Shown here one piece after another: positions 1 through 13,465 of a stretch of 64,000 bases of DNA. The DNA comes from Octopus sinensis (Eukaryota), in the NCBI RefSeq assembly GCF_006345805.1, contig NC_043008.1:77376001-77440000 (forward strand). The letters are read 5' to 3'. The position numbers and the translations under genes are program-made. The stretch's first letter is position 1, and the number at the start of each line of letters is the position of its first letter. The notes beneath the pieces were generated by a model. The model was not told the origin of the DNA. It saw only the letters and a program-made list of their open reading frames with translations, and did not search any database.

Positions 1-454
1 TCAAATTCAAAAGTTTGAATAGGAGATCCTACGTTCACACTTTGATGGAACGACATTATCAATCTTCAATTTTCAATCTTAAAACTGACAAAAAGAAAGA
101 TAAAAACGAGAAAAAAGAAAAGGAAAAGATGATGATGATGATGATTTCTGCTATTTGCTACCAAGAAACAGATGGAGGGGAATTTACAAAGAGGATTTTA
201 AGAATGATTGAAGAAAAAGTATAAATGGTAAACAGCATTAACAGGATGACAATGATGATTATGACCAAGATGATGATGACGATGACGAAGATGATCATCA
301 TCATCATCCTGCAATCCTCCTGATATAGAAGAACATCTAGGGCAACCAAGAAGTCTCCACAGATCCCAAGTCATCCTGCTGATTAGGAGCACTGAGGCAA
401 GTGTTCTTCCTACCTCTGTAATTTTCAGCTTACAGGTGCATGTTTAGTGTAGGC

Positions 455-1130
455 CAGGGGTTGGGGAACTTTTTAAACCAATTACTTCAAAATATATTTA
501 TTTATGCTGACATTAAACCTTGATTAAAAAGGAAGAAAATCCCAGATTCTTTGAATTCAAAAGGTTTACTGAATCTATTTATATAGCGAATACAATTATG
601 AATATACAAAGTATAAAACAAATGTGATGAAATAAATTAATATCCTCATTATGAAACAAAAAGATTTTTCTAGAAACTTTTTCACATGAGGTTTTGGAGA
701 AATGATGTTATAATTACATCAAAATTGGGGCATTCTGATGTCAGAAGAATTTGGATACAGTCTTGGGGGGGGGGCAATCAATTTCGTTAAAAAGGTTGAA
801 TTGAATAACTACCTAAATCTACTTAAACAAATCAAAAACACGGGTATCAAAAAATAAGGCTAAGGCAGGTAATAGGCAGCTGACAAATAATGTGTTTAGT
901 CACTTGACAATGCCTTAGCAACCAAATTGTTTGTAGTTCAAAATGACATGCTGTTTCCTAGACATGCCTATTACATTGGACAGATGCAGTGTTGCAAGAA
1001 GAAAATTTTCTGTTATAACAAGGAACATGTTTTTTATATAATTTTACTCATGTCTAATGAGTCTTTATTGCCCACAAGGATTTCATTTTTACTCCACTTG
1101 GAGTAATTTACCCCAGTTCACTACCCACTG
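455..1130. mobile_element. Non-autonomous hAT-like DNA transposon (MITE)
   Basis: Imperfect TIRs CAGGGGTTGGGGAAC (455) / GTTCACTACCCACTG (ends 1130); flanking 8-mers GTGTAGGC / GTGTAGAT (6/8) fit a decayed 8-bp hAT TSD; no ORF. Confidence 0.65.
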
Positions 1131-1499
1131 GTGTAGATCTTTTCACTTGTGACATGTTCACTACATTTACCCAAATTCTTACAAATTTATTGAGGGTGGG
1201 GAGCACCTCCCTCTTAACCCTCACTTTTCTTTCCAAGTGGAACTTAAAAAAAAGGTTGGCTAAAAAGGAAAATGTCTGTCTTAAATCCTTTCTGTCTTAA
1301 ATCCTTTCAACCTCTTTCACCACAACCATCACACGTCTGCCCTTCCCTGCCAAAAGAAGATGGTAAGGTGATCTTCTCAATGCAATCAGATGATATACTC
1401 CTCCATTTATATATATATATCATACATACATATATATCATACATACATATATATGTATGACAGGCTATGCTAAGTTTCCCTCTACTCACAAGACTTTGG

Positions 1500-1872
1500 T
1501 TAGGCTTTCATTATCTTTGGTCAGTTGCAGTAGAAGTCACTTGCTCAAGGTACCATATAATGGAACTGAATCTGGAACCATGTAGATATTTGTATGTATG
1601 TCTTTGTGTTTGTCCCAAACTAAAACTTGAAAAAAGTTCTTGGTTTGTTTATGTCACCGTAACCAAGTACTTCAGCAAAAAAAATCAATAGAATAAGAAT
1701 GAGGCTTAAGAAAAAAAAAGTACTATGGTTAATTTGTTTACTTAGAATCCTTCAAGGTAGCGTCCTAGTATGCCTGCAGTCCTATGACTGAAACAAGTAA
1801 AAGATAAAGTTGATATATATATATATATATATTCTTTTACTTGTTTCAGTCATTTAACTGCAGCCATGCTTA
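1500..1872. mobile_element. Degenerate SINE fragments in both orientations
   Basis: GCAGTCCTATGACTGAAACAAGTAAAAGATAAAG tail and its reverse complement match the SINE copies at 6604-6975 and 10930-11550. Confidence 0.6.
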
Positions 1873-1959
1873 AAAGAGTGAATTCTATGTATGCATGAAC
1901 ATGAAACCACACCTTTATGTTTTTATGACAAGTGGGCTACCATTTACACCAACATATTC

Positions 1960-2089
1960 ATGTATGTATGTATGTATATATATGTATATATATATATATA
2001 CATATATATATATAATATATATACATAACATATATATACATATACATATATATACATATACATATATATATATATATACATATATATAC

Positions 2090-2122
<33 letters not shown>

Positions 2123-2198
2123 CAATATATATATATATATACTATATATATATATACATATATAATATATATAATATATATATACATATAATATATAC

Positions 2199-2253
<55 letters not shown>

Positions 2254-2527
2254 ACATATATATATATACATATATATATATATACATATATATTATATAT
2301 TATACATACATATATATATATATACATACATATATATATATATATATACATACATAATATATATACATATATATAATATACATACATATATATATATATA
2401 CATACATATATATATACATATATATATAAATAAATATATATATACATTATATATATATATACATACATATATATATATACATATATATATATACATTATA
2501 TATATATACATATATATATATACATAC

Positions 2528-2560
<33 letters not shown>

Positions 2561-2607
2561 CATAATATATATTATATAACATAATATATATATATACATA
2601 CATATAT
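1960..2607. repeat. Imperfect (TA)n/(TATAC)n microsatellite array
   Basis: Directly visible; source of the YIYI pseudo-ORFs. Confidence 0.95.
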
Positions 2608-4059
2608 GTTCTTTATTAGCCACACAGGGCTGCACACAGATAGAACAAATTACAAGGTAGAGCTTTTCTTTTGAAGGTTTAAAAAAAAAATATATTAAAA
2701 TAAAAAATAAAATAAAATAAAAAAGGGGGGGTCGATCAAAAGGGATCGTAAAAGGAGAGAAAGAGGACAAAAAAGGGGGGGGGGGTTAAAAAAAAAGGAA
2801 GGGGGAGAGGAAAAAAAATTGATCAATAGGGATCGTTATCACAGAAATGTCAATATGAAGTGTAAAGGGGGGACAGGTGAGGTTTACCCGTGGAAGAAAA
2901 GCCTACGGAAAAGACCACGGTAACCTCGGTCAATGAAGTCACATGTTATATTTCTTTTTTTTTTTTTTTGCAAATAAGCAACTCTCTGTATTAATTTTTA
3001 CGGTTCATAGAATCATAGTCAAGGTGGCTTCGTCATTCATACGTGCCATCCTTGCTACATTCACCCATCTTTTTTTAAAACATTCACTAGACAAAACTTG
3101 CCTCTCTGTTCTCACTTTTTTCTTCAAGTGATACTTGAAGAAGTTGATGAGAGATTGACCAGAGAGGAAAGTGTTTGTCTCTAATCCTTTCAGACGCGTC
3201 CACCAGATACATTGTTTCGCCATAGCCACAAGTATGATAAAAATAGCTCTTCCTTCCCGTTTGAAGGAAGGAGGCGTGACGATATTAACGATAGACTCGG
3301 TCTGATAAACCGACACGTCCCACACGTGACAGCAGTCGTTCGACATAAGCCCACAGGTGGGAAATTGCTGGACACTGCACGATTGCGTGCAGAGCGGTTT
3401 CGTCGCTCTGCCCGCATCTCGGGCAGGTCGGCCCCGTGTTTCTCGAGCCATGCCTATTAGAGCTTATCCCGAACGGGTAGCGCTTCTCGGTAGCACCGCC
3501 AGGCCAGGGATACTCTGGAAGCTGTCCATAGGTCCCGGGCCGAAAGTCGTTTGAAACAGGCGGGTCATGTATTCCTCGTCGACGCCCAGGTTTGCCCCGA
3601 GTCGTCGTCGTACCTCCCCTCCACTAATCCCCTATAGAATGCTTTGGTTGTGTTGAAGTCACTCAAGGTCGACCCGGGACGGACAGAGTTGCTTGAGAGC
3701 AACGCGACACTCGCGGTGCCATTCGCCCTTCTTCGGCCTCTTTTTGATCCACGACTGTAGTTCGGTCATGGAGACGAGTTGCGGGAATGCGTTGCCTCAC
3801 AAACGGCGACCACACCTGTTCACCGTCGTCTACATAGAGCCGGAGATGTCGCAGTCTCAGCGCGTGTCTGCGCATCATCAACCACGGCATGCCCAGCCCT
3901 CATTTTAACGGGTGTTGACAGCAAATGGATCGGCTGACCATCGGGACGCATCCTTTCCACAAGAAGCGGAAGAGGATGCGTTCTAGTTTGGTGATGGTAG
4001 GGTCGGGACAAGGTACGACGGTCAGGCGGTAGTAGATGATGGACGCGATGGACGCGTTC
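2608..4059 (-). mobile_element. 5'-truncated Tx1-clade LINE: ORF2 C-terminus plus 3' UTR, frameshifted
   Basis: Minus-strand peptides [36 protein letters not shown] and WWTRLKGL match ORF 42223-43677; 3' end AATAAAGAAC abuts (TA)n. Confidence 0.9.
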
Positions 4060-4189
4060 ATATATATATATATACTATATATATATATATATACATACAT
4101 ATATATATACATATATATATACATATATATATATATACATATATATACATATATATACATATATATATATATATACTTATATATAATAC

Positions 4190-4224
<35 letters not shown>

Positions 4225-4225
4225 C

Positions 4226-4256
<31 letters not shown>

Positions 4257-4371
4257 CTATATATATATATACATATATATAATATATATTTACATATATA
4301 TATATATATATACATATTATATATATATATACATAATATATATATATATAACATATATAATATATATATAT

Positions 4372-4406
<35 letters not shown>

Positions 4407-4499
4407 TACATATTATATATATACATATATATATATATATACATTATATATATATATACATATATATACATATATATATATATATACATATATATATAT
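4060..4499. repeat. Imperfect (TA)n array between two head-to-head LINE fragments
   Basis: Directly visible. Confidence 0.95.
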
Positions 4500-5298
4500 G
4501 CCGGCAACAACGTACACATCATCACTCGATACTCCTACTGAACATCAGAGGACTGCAACACTCAGTAACAGGACAAAGATCCCGTTCCTGAGAGACTTTG
4601 TTGCATGCAATCAAGCCTTATGCATAGCACTTACAGAAACGCACCTGAAACCGGACATAGCAGATGCGGAGTTACACATACCACAGTATGCTGTACTACG
4701 GACCGACAGGAAAGTAAGGAGTCATGGAGGTGTTGCTATGTACATCCGTGAGGACCTCACACCCCAGGTCCTCTTGTCATACTCAAACTCGTGTGTGACA
4801 CACTAATTGTACATATTAGGCAACTTGATGTAGTTGTGTGTGCTACATATCGCCCTCCAGATGCCCCAAGCCATGTGGGCAAGTTTGAAGACTGCCTTAT
4901 AAAAATAGAGAAATTCTAACCACATTAGAGCACACATAGGTGTGCTTCTTATGGGAGACTTCAATCTGCCCAATGTCAGATGGCCGAGGGCCTTTCTCTC
5001 CCAGGAATGACAAGATGTGAACGAGGACAGGCGAGGTCCCTCCTGAACCTCATCAACACCCTGTACATGGAGCAGGTAATACTCCAACCAACCAGGGCAG
5101 GTAACACACTGGATCTCTGCTTCACAAATGACATGGATCTCATCCATAATGTGAAAGTGACACCGACAACTACTCTCGGATCACAACATGATAGAGCTGA
5201 CCATGTACGGGACAAAAGAGGAGCACGGACATGCAGCCTACAAGAACCCTCAAAATCTTTCCAGCTGAAACTACCCATAAGGCAAACTGGAAACAAAT
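4500..5298 (+). mobile_element. CR1-group LINE fragment (AP-endonuclease region), runs into an assembly gap
   Basis: ALTETHLKPDIADAELHIPQY, RTDR..HGGVAMYIRE, PTRAGNTLDLCFTN; near-identical to 56210-57018. Confidence 0.92.
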
Positions 5299-5398
5299 NN
5301 NNNNNNNNNNNNNNNNNNNNNNNNNNNNNNNNNNNNNNNNNNNNNNNNNNNNNNNNNNNNNNNNNNNNNNNNNNNNNNNNNNNNNNNNNNNNNNNNNN
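5299..5398. other. Assembly gap (100 N)
   Basis: Run of N. Confidence 0.99.
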
Positions 5399-5450
5399 AT
5401 ATATATATATACATATATACATATATATATATACATATATACATATATAC

Positions 5451-5490
<40 letters not shown>

Positions 5491-5494
<4 letters not shown>

Positions 5495-5700
5495 AGAATT
5501 CACAAAAAAAACAAAAGATGAAGACAGGTGGTGTAGACAACAAACAGATGTATTAGTTTAGCACTCAGGAAGTGAAAGAGCCTTTAACATTTCAAGCCTA
5601 TGCTCTTCCACAGAAAGGAACACAGAAAGAAAGAAGGAGAGAAAATAAAGAGAGAAAATAAAGAATGTGTAGTGGCTAGTGATCTACCATGGCGAAATAT
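5491..5700 (-). repeat. Penelope-pLTR-like repeat with a degenerate minimal hammerhead-like motif (5581-5618)
   Basis: Minus strand CCTTT-CTGTGGA-AGAGC-ATAG-GCTT-GAAA-TGTT-AAAGG; related copies at 7716 and 35105. Confidence 0.5.
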
Positions 5701-5789
5701 ATATATACATATACAGTCATGCAAGAACACTAGCATGGTCTTGCACCATTACTTACGATTACCCGTCAGCTGATTTCCTCTAGGCGGGG

Positions 5790-6300
5790 TATTTCACATC
5801 ACCACTCCTGTATATGCCTTTGTCCCAGCTGTTGGCCCATTTGGTGTATAAGGGAGTTCGATTCTACTGCCCTCATATGCACCTCAATCCAGGCTGTTGG
5901 TTCATCCAGTATTGTGCAGTGGAGGATGTTTAGTTCTTCATCAACATTACATAGGCTTCTTAATTTTTGTGGTAGGGCACTGAGGAGCTGTGGACCTTTG
6001 AACCCCATTGCAGTACTTATTGCAGAACCTATTGCAGTACCTGGTTCTGAATTTAGATGAGTGGATGGTACCTTTGGTACTATACAACGGCTTTCAGTTC
6101 TGGCATTTGTATAACACTCAATGCCGAAATTAGGTATTAGCTCTTCTAAAGTTTTCTGTATGTAGATTATTACATACCCGTCACGCCTTCACTCCAGGAA
6201 TTAAAGTCATAGATTTTTCACCCTTTCCCTGCAGCCCATTTACAATTTTTTAGTGTAGTGACTTTGGACCACTTCAAGCTTCCTTCTGAGACTAATCATC
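5790..6300 (-). mobile_element. Older CR1-group LINE 3' fragment
   Basis: GFKGPQLLSALPQKLRSLCNVD and MRAVESNSLIHQ resemble the ORF2 C-terminus of the copy at 58700-59206 (GFRGPQL..LPKNLRDLHGVD, MRAAASNSLMHQ). Confidence 0.8.
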
Positions 6301-6603
6301 ATGCAGCACATCTTAGCTACTTGACAAATATCATTGAAAGACACTATAGCAAATGGCCAACAGAGACGGCGGACAGCAGCTGAAAACACAAAGGCAATGA
6401 AAAGTCGGAGGACAAAAGACATTGGAAATCAGTAGCACGGCAAGCAGCTTACCATACTTTAATGGCTGCTACAACTACACCAAGAACAATAACATTCAAA
6501 ACTCTCTCGACGTTTTGTAATTCTTTGTAATTCCTAGTAATGACAGTATTTCCTTTTTGTTTACAGGAAGAATATAATATTGTTTATCAAAAATCCAAAT
6601 AGT

Positions 6604-6975
6604 TTACTTTTACTTGTTTCAGTCATTTGACTGCGGCCATGCTGGAGCACCGCCTTTAGTCAAGCCCAGTACTTATTCTATTGTAAGCCCAGTACTTATT
6701 CTATCGGTCTCTTTTGCCGAACCGCTAAGTGACGGGGACGTAAACACACCAGCATCGGTTGTCAAGCAATGCTAGGGGGACAAACACAGACACACAAACA
6801 CACACATATATATATATACGAAAGGCTTCTTTCAGTTTCCGTCTACCAAATCCACTCACAAGGCATTGGTCGGCCCGAGGCTATAGCAGAAGACACTTGC
6901 CCAAGATGCCATGCAATGGGACTGAACCCGCAACCATGTGGTTGGTTAGCAAGCTACTTACCACACAGCCATTCC
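6604..6975 (-). mobile_element. tRNA-derived SINE (family A)
   Basis: Minus-strand head TGGCTGTGTGGTAAG...GGGTTCAGTCCC (A/B-box-like), internal (GT)n, tail GCAGTCAAATGACTGAAACAAGTAAAAG; several copies in window. Confidence 0.85.
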
Positions 6976-7659
6976 TATATTTAAATATATATATATATAT
7001 GATCACAACTGTCCGGCGAACGGTAACATGAAACTTTGAGTAACAGCTTTTGCAGCTTTAATAAAAAAAAAAAAGCATATTACTCTACCTGCAGTATTCA
7101 TGTGCTGTTTTCCCACCTTGTTTTTCATTTATATGCTTACTCGTGTACACACACATGCACACGCACGCACACACACATACGCACACACGTACGTATATAT
7201 AACGTTATAATGAAAACTACAAGTTCTGTGAAATACAGCTATCCAGGTCAAAACAGTAATTTATTTTGCTATTTTTCAAGCTGATGAAAACATGACCATT
7301 TGTCAACTGTGTTCAAAGCAGATAACTTTCGAATGGAAACACTAAGGAAAAAAAAGAAAATTAAATAGATAGATAGAAAAGACAGGGGAGATAACCCATG
7401 CTACAACAACATTACATATGTTAAGAAAATGGGAATGAAACGGGAAGATGTTTGATGTGTCCAGTGGTCTATCTTTAAATTCCGCTAAGATGTATTTCTT
7501 AAAATGCAGACATAAAGAAAAAGAATCTCATTCCTGGAACTTAAGTTCTTTAAAAAATATATACATTTTAGAAATTAAGAACTTCCAATATATAATGATG
7601 CACACACACACATCATCATCATCATCATCATCATCATGTTGAACCGTTAATTCTTACCT

Positions 7660-7845
7660 ATTTTCTCTCTCTCCATATTTTAAAAATTCTCTCTTCGTTT
7701 TTCCCCCTCTTAATCCTTTCTGTCGAAGAGCGTAGACTCGAAACGTTAAAGACTTTTCCATTCTTCCCGAGCAACAAACTAAATACACCTGCTTGTTGTT
7801 CTTTCGCCTGTCTTCGTCCTTTGTTTTCTGTAAATTTGAGTTACG
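7660..7845 (+). repeat. Penelope-pLTR-like repeat with a minimal hammerhead-like motif (7716-7751)
   Basis: CTTT-CTGTCGA-A-GAGC-GTAG-ACTC-GAAA-CGTT-AAAG; downstream sequence homologous to the reverse complement of 5491-5620. Confidence 0.5.
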
Positions 7846-7934
7846 CGCGCACGCACACACACACACGTATGCTGATGCAAATAGGAAAAATAGAACTCAA
7901 AATATGAGTATATGTATATGTTTATTAATATTTT

Positions 7935-8090
7935 GTCTTTACGTTCTGAGTTCAAATTCCACCGAGGTCGACTTTGCCTTTCATCCTTTCGGGGTCGATA
8001 AATCAAGTACCCGTTACGTACTGGAGTTGATCTAATCGACTGGCCCCCTCCCCCCAAATTTCGGGCCTTGTGCCTAGAGTACAAAAGAAA
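7935..8090 (+). mobile_element. SINE family B fragment (Meta-domain-like)
   Basis: GAGTTCAAATTCCACCGAGGTCGACTTTGCCTTTCATCCTTTCGGGGTCGATAAA core, repeated many times in the window. Confidence 0.85.
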
Positions 8091-8594
8091 ATTTAGCAGA
8101 AGTAACAGAGTGACTTAAGGTCCAAGGGTTTCGTACGTTGGCACTTTATATATGTACATTCACATATACATATAGATACACACAAATATAGTGTGTCCAT
8201 AGATAACTTTTACACTTAGAAAAATTCGGGAATAAGAGAAGGATAAGTCAGCAGAGTTTAATGGAAAACGTAAAGAGCCAAAAGAAACGCCGCTATTTCG
8301 TCCGATGAGCTAACGATTCTGACAGCTAACCGCCTTCACAATATGGTTTCTTTTATTTAGCAAAGGACAATAGCGATGATGATGGTGATGATGATGATGA
8401 TGTTGATGATGATGACGACGACGACGACGACGATTCTTTTATTGCTGGTCTTCATTAACAACAGTAATTCGCTTTCTGTAGGCCACGACGTCGCATAGTT
8501 TGAGGAAACATTTTTCATAAAAGGAAATGTGACGTCAGAATGTCTAATGTGTGGAATATATCCCGCATTCAGAGCCAAGGTCGAGTAACATGAC

Positions 8595-8636
<42 letters not shown>

Positions 8637-9859
8637 CACACACACACACACGAAGGAAGATAAGTGGAGGCATACAAACGTACTTTTACACATTCATATA
8701 ACACAAAATAGAAGTGCTCCAGTATGGCCTATGACCTTGTTGTTAAAAGGCAACCTAAAGAATTAATGACCGAAACAGCACACCAGTTTCACTCTCACAA
8801 ATACAGAGTTTCACATACACACAGTCACTCACACACATGCACTCAGACACTCTTAGATTCACACACACACACACACACAAATTCACTGACACATACTCAG
8901 ATTCACACCATTACTCTCTCTCACACACAAACAGATTCCCACACATACTCAGATAAACAGGTTAACACCCCACAAACACCTACACACACATAGACACAGA
9001 TACTCACATGCATACACTTACGTACACAAACACACACACACACACACACACTCTCTCTCTCTCACACAGCAAATCACTTCCCCAATAATAAAAATTAAAG
9101 TAATTTCTCAAATATTTCCCAACTTGTTTTTTCCTCAAGTTTAACACATTCAACAGTGTGTTCATTGCCATGGTTACTATTAGAAGTGACCTTGTACTAA
9201 AATTACAAGTGAGTTACAGGTAAGCAACATACCAAATTCCCTCAGATATGGCTAACCACTTGGAGAGCAGATCATTATTTTTTAAATTATTCACACGGAG
9301 ATATTTTCAGAAAGGAGAGTATGTAATCTATCTTTGGTGCCTGACATGTTAAACTGTTGCAAGGCGAATCTTTGCACCTGGCCACCCGTGAGAAAACCCC
9401 AGTCTACGGCAGTAGGTGTTTCTCGATATTTCTACCGAAAAGGAGCGAACCACACTTGAATATCCCGGCAATGCCTCTATCTTTAATGAACTACGTAGTA
9501 CCTACTTTATAGTGTCTATTGAATGGTACCTACTGCACCACACGTTATATATATACATATATATATATATATCACCGTGACCGACCAGACTATCAGATGT
9601 CACAATGCTCTTCGCATTGCTTTAGCCCTCAAATGACGCCACCCCGCTGGCTAAGCGAGCAGGCCAATATATATATATATATATATTACAAAGTGAGATA
9701 GGGGTTGTGAGTGTAACCCTCTATGGGATAACATATATCCAATATACTGCCAGTAAAGCACCCAGTAAAGTTAATACATAAAGGCTAAGAATTGCAATGC
9801 AATTAATTCATTTATTGTATTATATGGGCGAAGGTAAAATGTTTTACCTCAAATTCATA

Positions 9860-10625
9860 ATACAAAATAAGAAAATGGAGGAATACACTTTAATCAATCA
9901 ACAACTACCAGATAGTACCCATTCACATAATTTATTAACCAACTACATAGGAACATCAAGATCAAACACAATAATACACAACAAAACAATGGCGGAATGC
10001 ACATATTCTTTTACTGGTATTAATAATAATAATAATATTAATAGCCTTTTGTAACTTAATACAACGAACTCTGGGCTTTGTATATGTACACTTTCATGTG
10101 GATGTGTGTATGTGTGTATATTATAATATATTGATTTGACTAACTGTAACCTTATATGTATGTATATTATTATGTATATACTTATATATATGTAGGTGCA
10201 TGTTTATATACACTTATATATGTATGTGTATATTATGTATATGTACTTATTCTTGTATATGTGTACCTTCTCTTATATTGATATTTGAATTGTACTTTAT
10301 AATCTCTGAAGAGGCCTTGGAATATATATGTAAGTATCTCATTTATAACCACATATTACCTTAACACACCAGGCTAATATGAGCATAATGAGATACTCCT
10401 ATCTACATGGCTGAAACAGCTGTAAGATCTAGTTTATATTTTTAATTATATTTATTTATAAGTATTGTACTTATGGTATCATATTACTCATTGATGTGTA
10501 CTGTTTTGTTCTGTATTATTGTGTTTGATCTTGATGTTCCTATGTAGTTGGTTAATAAATTATGTGAATGGGTACTATCTGGTAGTTGTTGATTGATTAA
10601 AGTGTATTCCTCCATTTTCTTATTT

Positions 10626-10630
<5 letters not shown>
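9860..10630 (+). mobile_element. Penelope-like non-coding element: 129-bp inverted repeats enclosing a type I hammerhead
   Basis: Arms 9860-9988 and 10502-10630 are reverse complements with about 1 mismatch; HHR at 10302-10428. Confidence 0.7.
10302..10428 (+). ncRNA. Type I hammerhead ribozyme motif with long helix II
   Basis: ATCT-CTGAAGA-GGCC-(~92 nt incl. AGTATCTCATT/AATGAGATACT and CATATTA/TAATATG stems)-GGCT-GAAA-CAGCTG-TA-AGAT; intact core, GUA cleavage triplet, palindromic helix III. Confidence 0.75.
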
Positions 10631-10660
<30 letters not shown>

Positions 10661-10929
10661 CTTTATAATTAATAATCATAATAGAGGGTACACGAAGTAC
10701 CAGCTTGCTAGAAATAAGAGTTAAAATCTTTGTATAAGCCACCAAACGCACTGAAAAATCATAACAGACCAGCAGTAACATTCGGCCTTTGACAAATCTT
10801 GCTTTCGTTCTTCTGGATTTCCTCACTAGATCAGCTTAGTTGGGGTGCTGGATTAGTCATCGATGATCCAAATTATGCAATAAGTCGTGCTGGACTACAC
10901 GTGTGCGCCTCTGCGCGCGCGTGTGTCTA

Positions 10930-11550
10930 ATGTTGTTTCGGAGTAAGATGTGTACATAGTTCCGGGTTCAGTCCCACTGCCTAGCACTTTGGGGATGTGT
11001 CTTCTTCTTTAGCCTCGAGCCGACCAAAGCCTAGTGAGTGGATTTGGTCGACAGAAACTGAAAGAAGCCCGTCGTATACGTGTGAGCGTATGTGTGCGCG
11101 CACGCGCGTATTTTTTGTCCCCTACTACACCGGATCCACAACTGGTGTTGGTTTGTTTACGTCCCTGTAACTTAGCGGTTCTGCAAAAGAGACCGATAGA
11201 ATTAGTAAGAGGCTTAACCTTTTAGCATTGAAACCAGCCATATCCAGCCAAAATATTTTCCCTGTTTAATGTTCAGACTGGCTAGATCCAACCTCTCACA
11301 CCTACCCTACAATGATAATCAAAAAACCTATGGTCACACAATCGAAAGTTCAAAGCTTCAAGATAATGCTAGATAAATTAAAAAAACAAAATTAAAAAAC
11401 AAAACGTGCTACATTTGATAGAATAATCTAAATACTATAAAGGTTTAAAAAAAGTGCTGGGGTCGATTCGTTCGATTAAAAGATTCTTCACGGCGGTGTC
11501 CCAACATGGCTGCAGTCTAATGACTGAAGCAAGTAAAAGGTAAAAGATAA
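10930..11550 (+). mobile_element. SINE family A copy interrupted by a TTAA MITE
   Basis: GGGTTCAGTCCCACTGC...GAAACTGAAAGAAGCCCGTCG...GCAGTCTAATGACTGAAGCAAGTAAAAG. Confidence 0.8.
11218..11444. mobile_element. piggyBac-like MITE
   Basis: TTAA|CCTTTTAGCATT...AATACTATAAAGGT|TTAA; splits a SINE at a TTAA. Confidence 0.6.
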
Positions 11551-12451
11551 ATATATCACCAAGGAAATTGATAACCAGTGTGTTCGAGTACGCGTACTTT
11601 GACTCTCAATATCTATAACGAACAGCGCTTATAATCATAAGTGTCTTTATTAATTTCTGGGTATAAGTGTTTTGTGTAGGGTGACAAGTATGAATGTTAT
11701 GTGTAGGGTGAAGAGTATAGATGTTGTTACAATTTTGGGAAATATGAATTAGGACATCATTTTATATTTCATGGATGACTGAACATAAAGGACAAAAACA
11801 TTTATTAATAAATTAAAGTATTCATTCCTGATGTTTGCAATTTGAAAATTGATTTGGAAACAAAGAAATTTTTATATTTTCAGTTGTACTTTCACGAGTT
11901 TTAGCCTGAAGTTATATGGCAGAAAGAATCTACACCAGGTAAAATAATGCGACACATAAAGCGGGCACTGGCTGTAGAAAGAGGGTGTTGATAATTTCAA
12001 TTGCTATTGTATTGGGTGGATTACTTATCTGGCTAGCCTTAGAGTTGTTTTAAATAAGAAAAACACTCTTCAAACTAAATTTGAAGAGATCAATTATTCC
12101 TTTCACCTCTTTATAGAACACCTGTTGCCTTAACATGTTTCGCTACACCCACATATGAGCTCTAAGATGTACCATCCCAGTTATATCAAAACCGCCCAAA
12201 ATATTTTTTGCTACATATCTCTCACGTCACAGTTGCCTACAGATATGTCACCATTAGGTAACTCTTACATCACAACTGCTTCAAGATGTACTTTCTATAG
12301 GGCCGCTTTCATCAAATTGTAGCGTTTTACTGCATAACTCTCGCAACAGTTACCTTACAAAACACCATTTTACTATTACACGCACCTCTCACATCACAAC
12401 CATATTATTTGTTTCTTTATGAAGTAATGTTTACGTTTATGAATGGATAGA

Positions 12452-12507
<56 letters not shown>

Positions 12508-12933
12508 GAGACAGACAGGCAGATAGAAAGAAAGAAAGAAACGTTTGTAAAACTTAATATAGAGAGAAACTCTTCAATACAAGACAGAAGGATAATGCAG
12601 ATGAAAATACAAGTGTTGTTATTAGAAGGTGTGATTATTAATGAATGGTGCAATGTAAATATAGGAGGTAAAGGAACACTATTAATGTCTTCAGACACAG
12701 CTCTCAACTACAACTGTTAAGTGAATACACTTAATAAAATCCTTTGTATTTACCCACCAAGCATTTCTTCTTAATTTTACATGACTATAAAACTTTGTCA
12801 ATATTAGTTGTGGTTCTATCAAGGTGTCACGACCGTCTTCCGGTTTTTTTCTTTGATGTAAGGGCGTGTGAAGTCTTGGAAAATTAAAAAAAAATTAATA
12901 GTGAAGAAACTCAAACATTGACATACACACGCA

Positions 12934-13017
<84 letters not shown>

Positions 13018-13465
13018 AACAAACAAACAATCTACAATCCTATGATCGACGTTTCAAAGAGTTTTACTTGGTCAAGGAAGAGGCAGAAGAAGAGATTGAA
13101 CAATATGTTTAAGAAGCACCAAAGCGAAGTTATGTAAAGAAATGATGTAACCAGCGGTTGATGGTGAACACAGTCAACAGTGTCTAATAGAAAAGTGTGA
13201 GTTGAAACTAATGCCTGAAGTGCGTGTGAGAAGTTGTACGTAGTGTATGTGAGTTTGTGTATCTAAGTATACAAAGTCATGAGTGCATATACCAAAGTGT
13301 ATCACAGGTGTTGCGGAGTTAAGTGTAATACAAAACCAGCGTACTTGAGCGTATGTGGGAGAGGTAGTGTGCAAATGTGTTTGTGTATGTGGTGTGGTGT
13401 GTGTGCACGTGTGTGTAAAATGTATGTGCAAAAGCTAGACAAATCGCAGTAAACTTGTGTGTGTA

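Noticed and set aside
1895-2770. Many YIYI/ICIY-rich ORFs here and at 4036-4525, 53400-55800, 59600-60000 and 61600-64000
   Set aside because: Translations of (TA)n microsatellites, which lack stops in several frames
8530-8537. Perfect CRE palindrome TGACGTCA (also AP-1-like TGACTCA near 36238)
   Set aside because: Expected by chance in 64 kb; no associated promoter evidence
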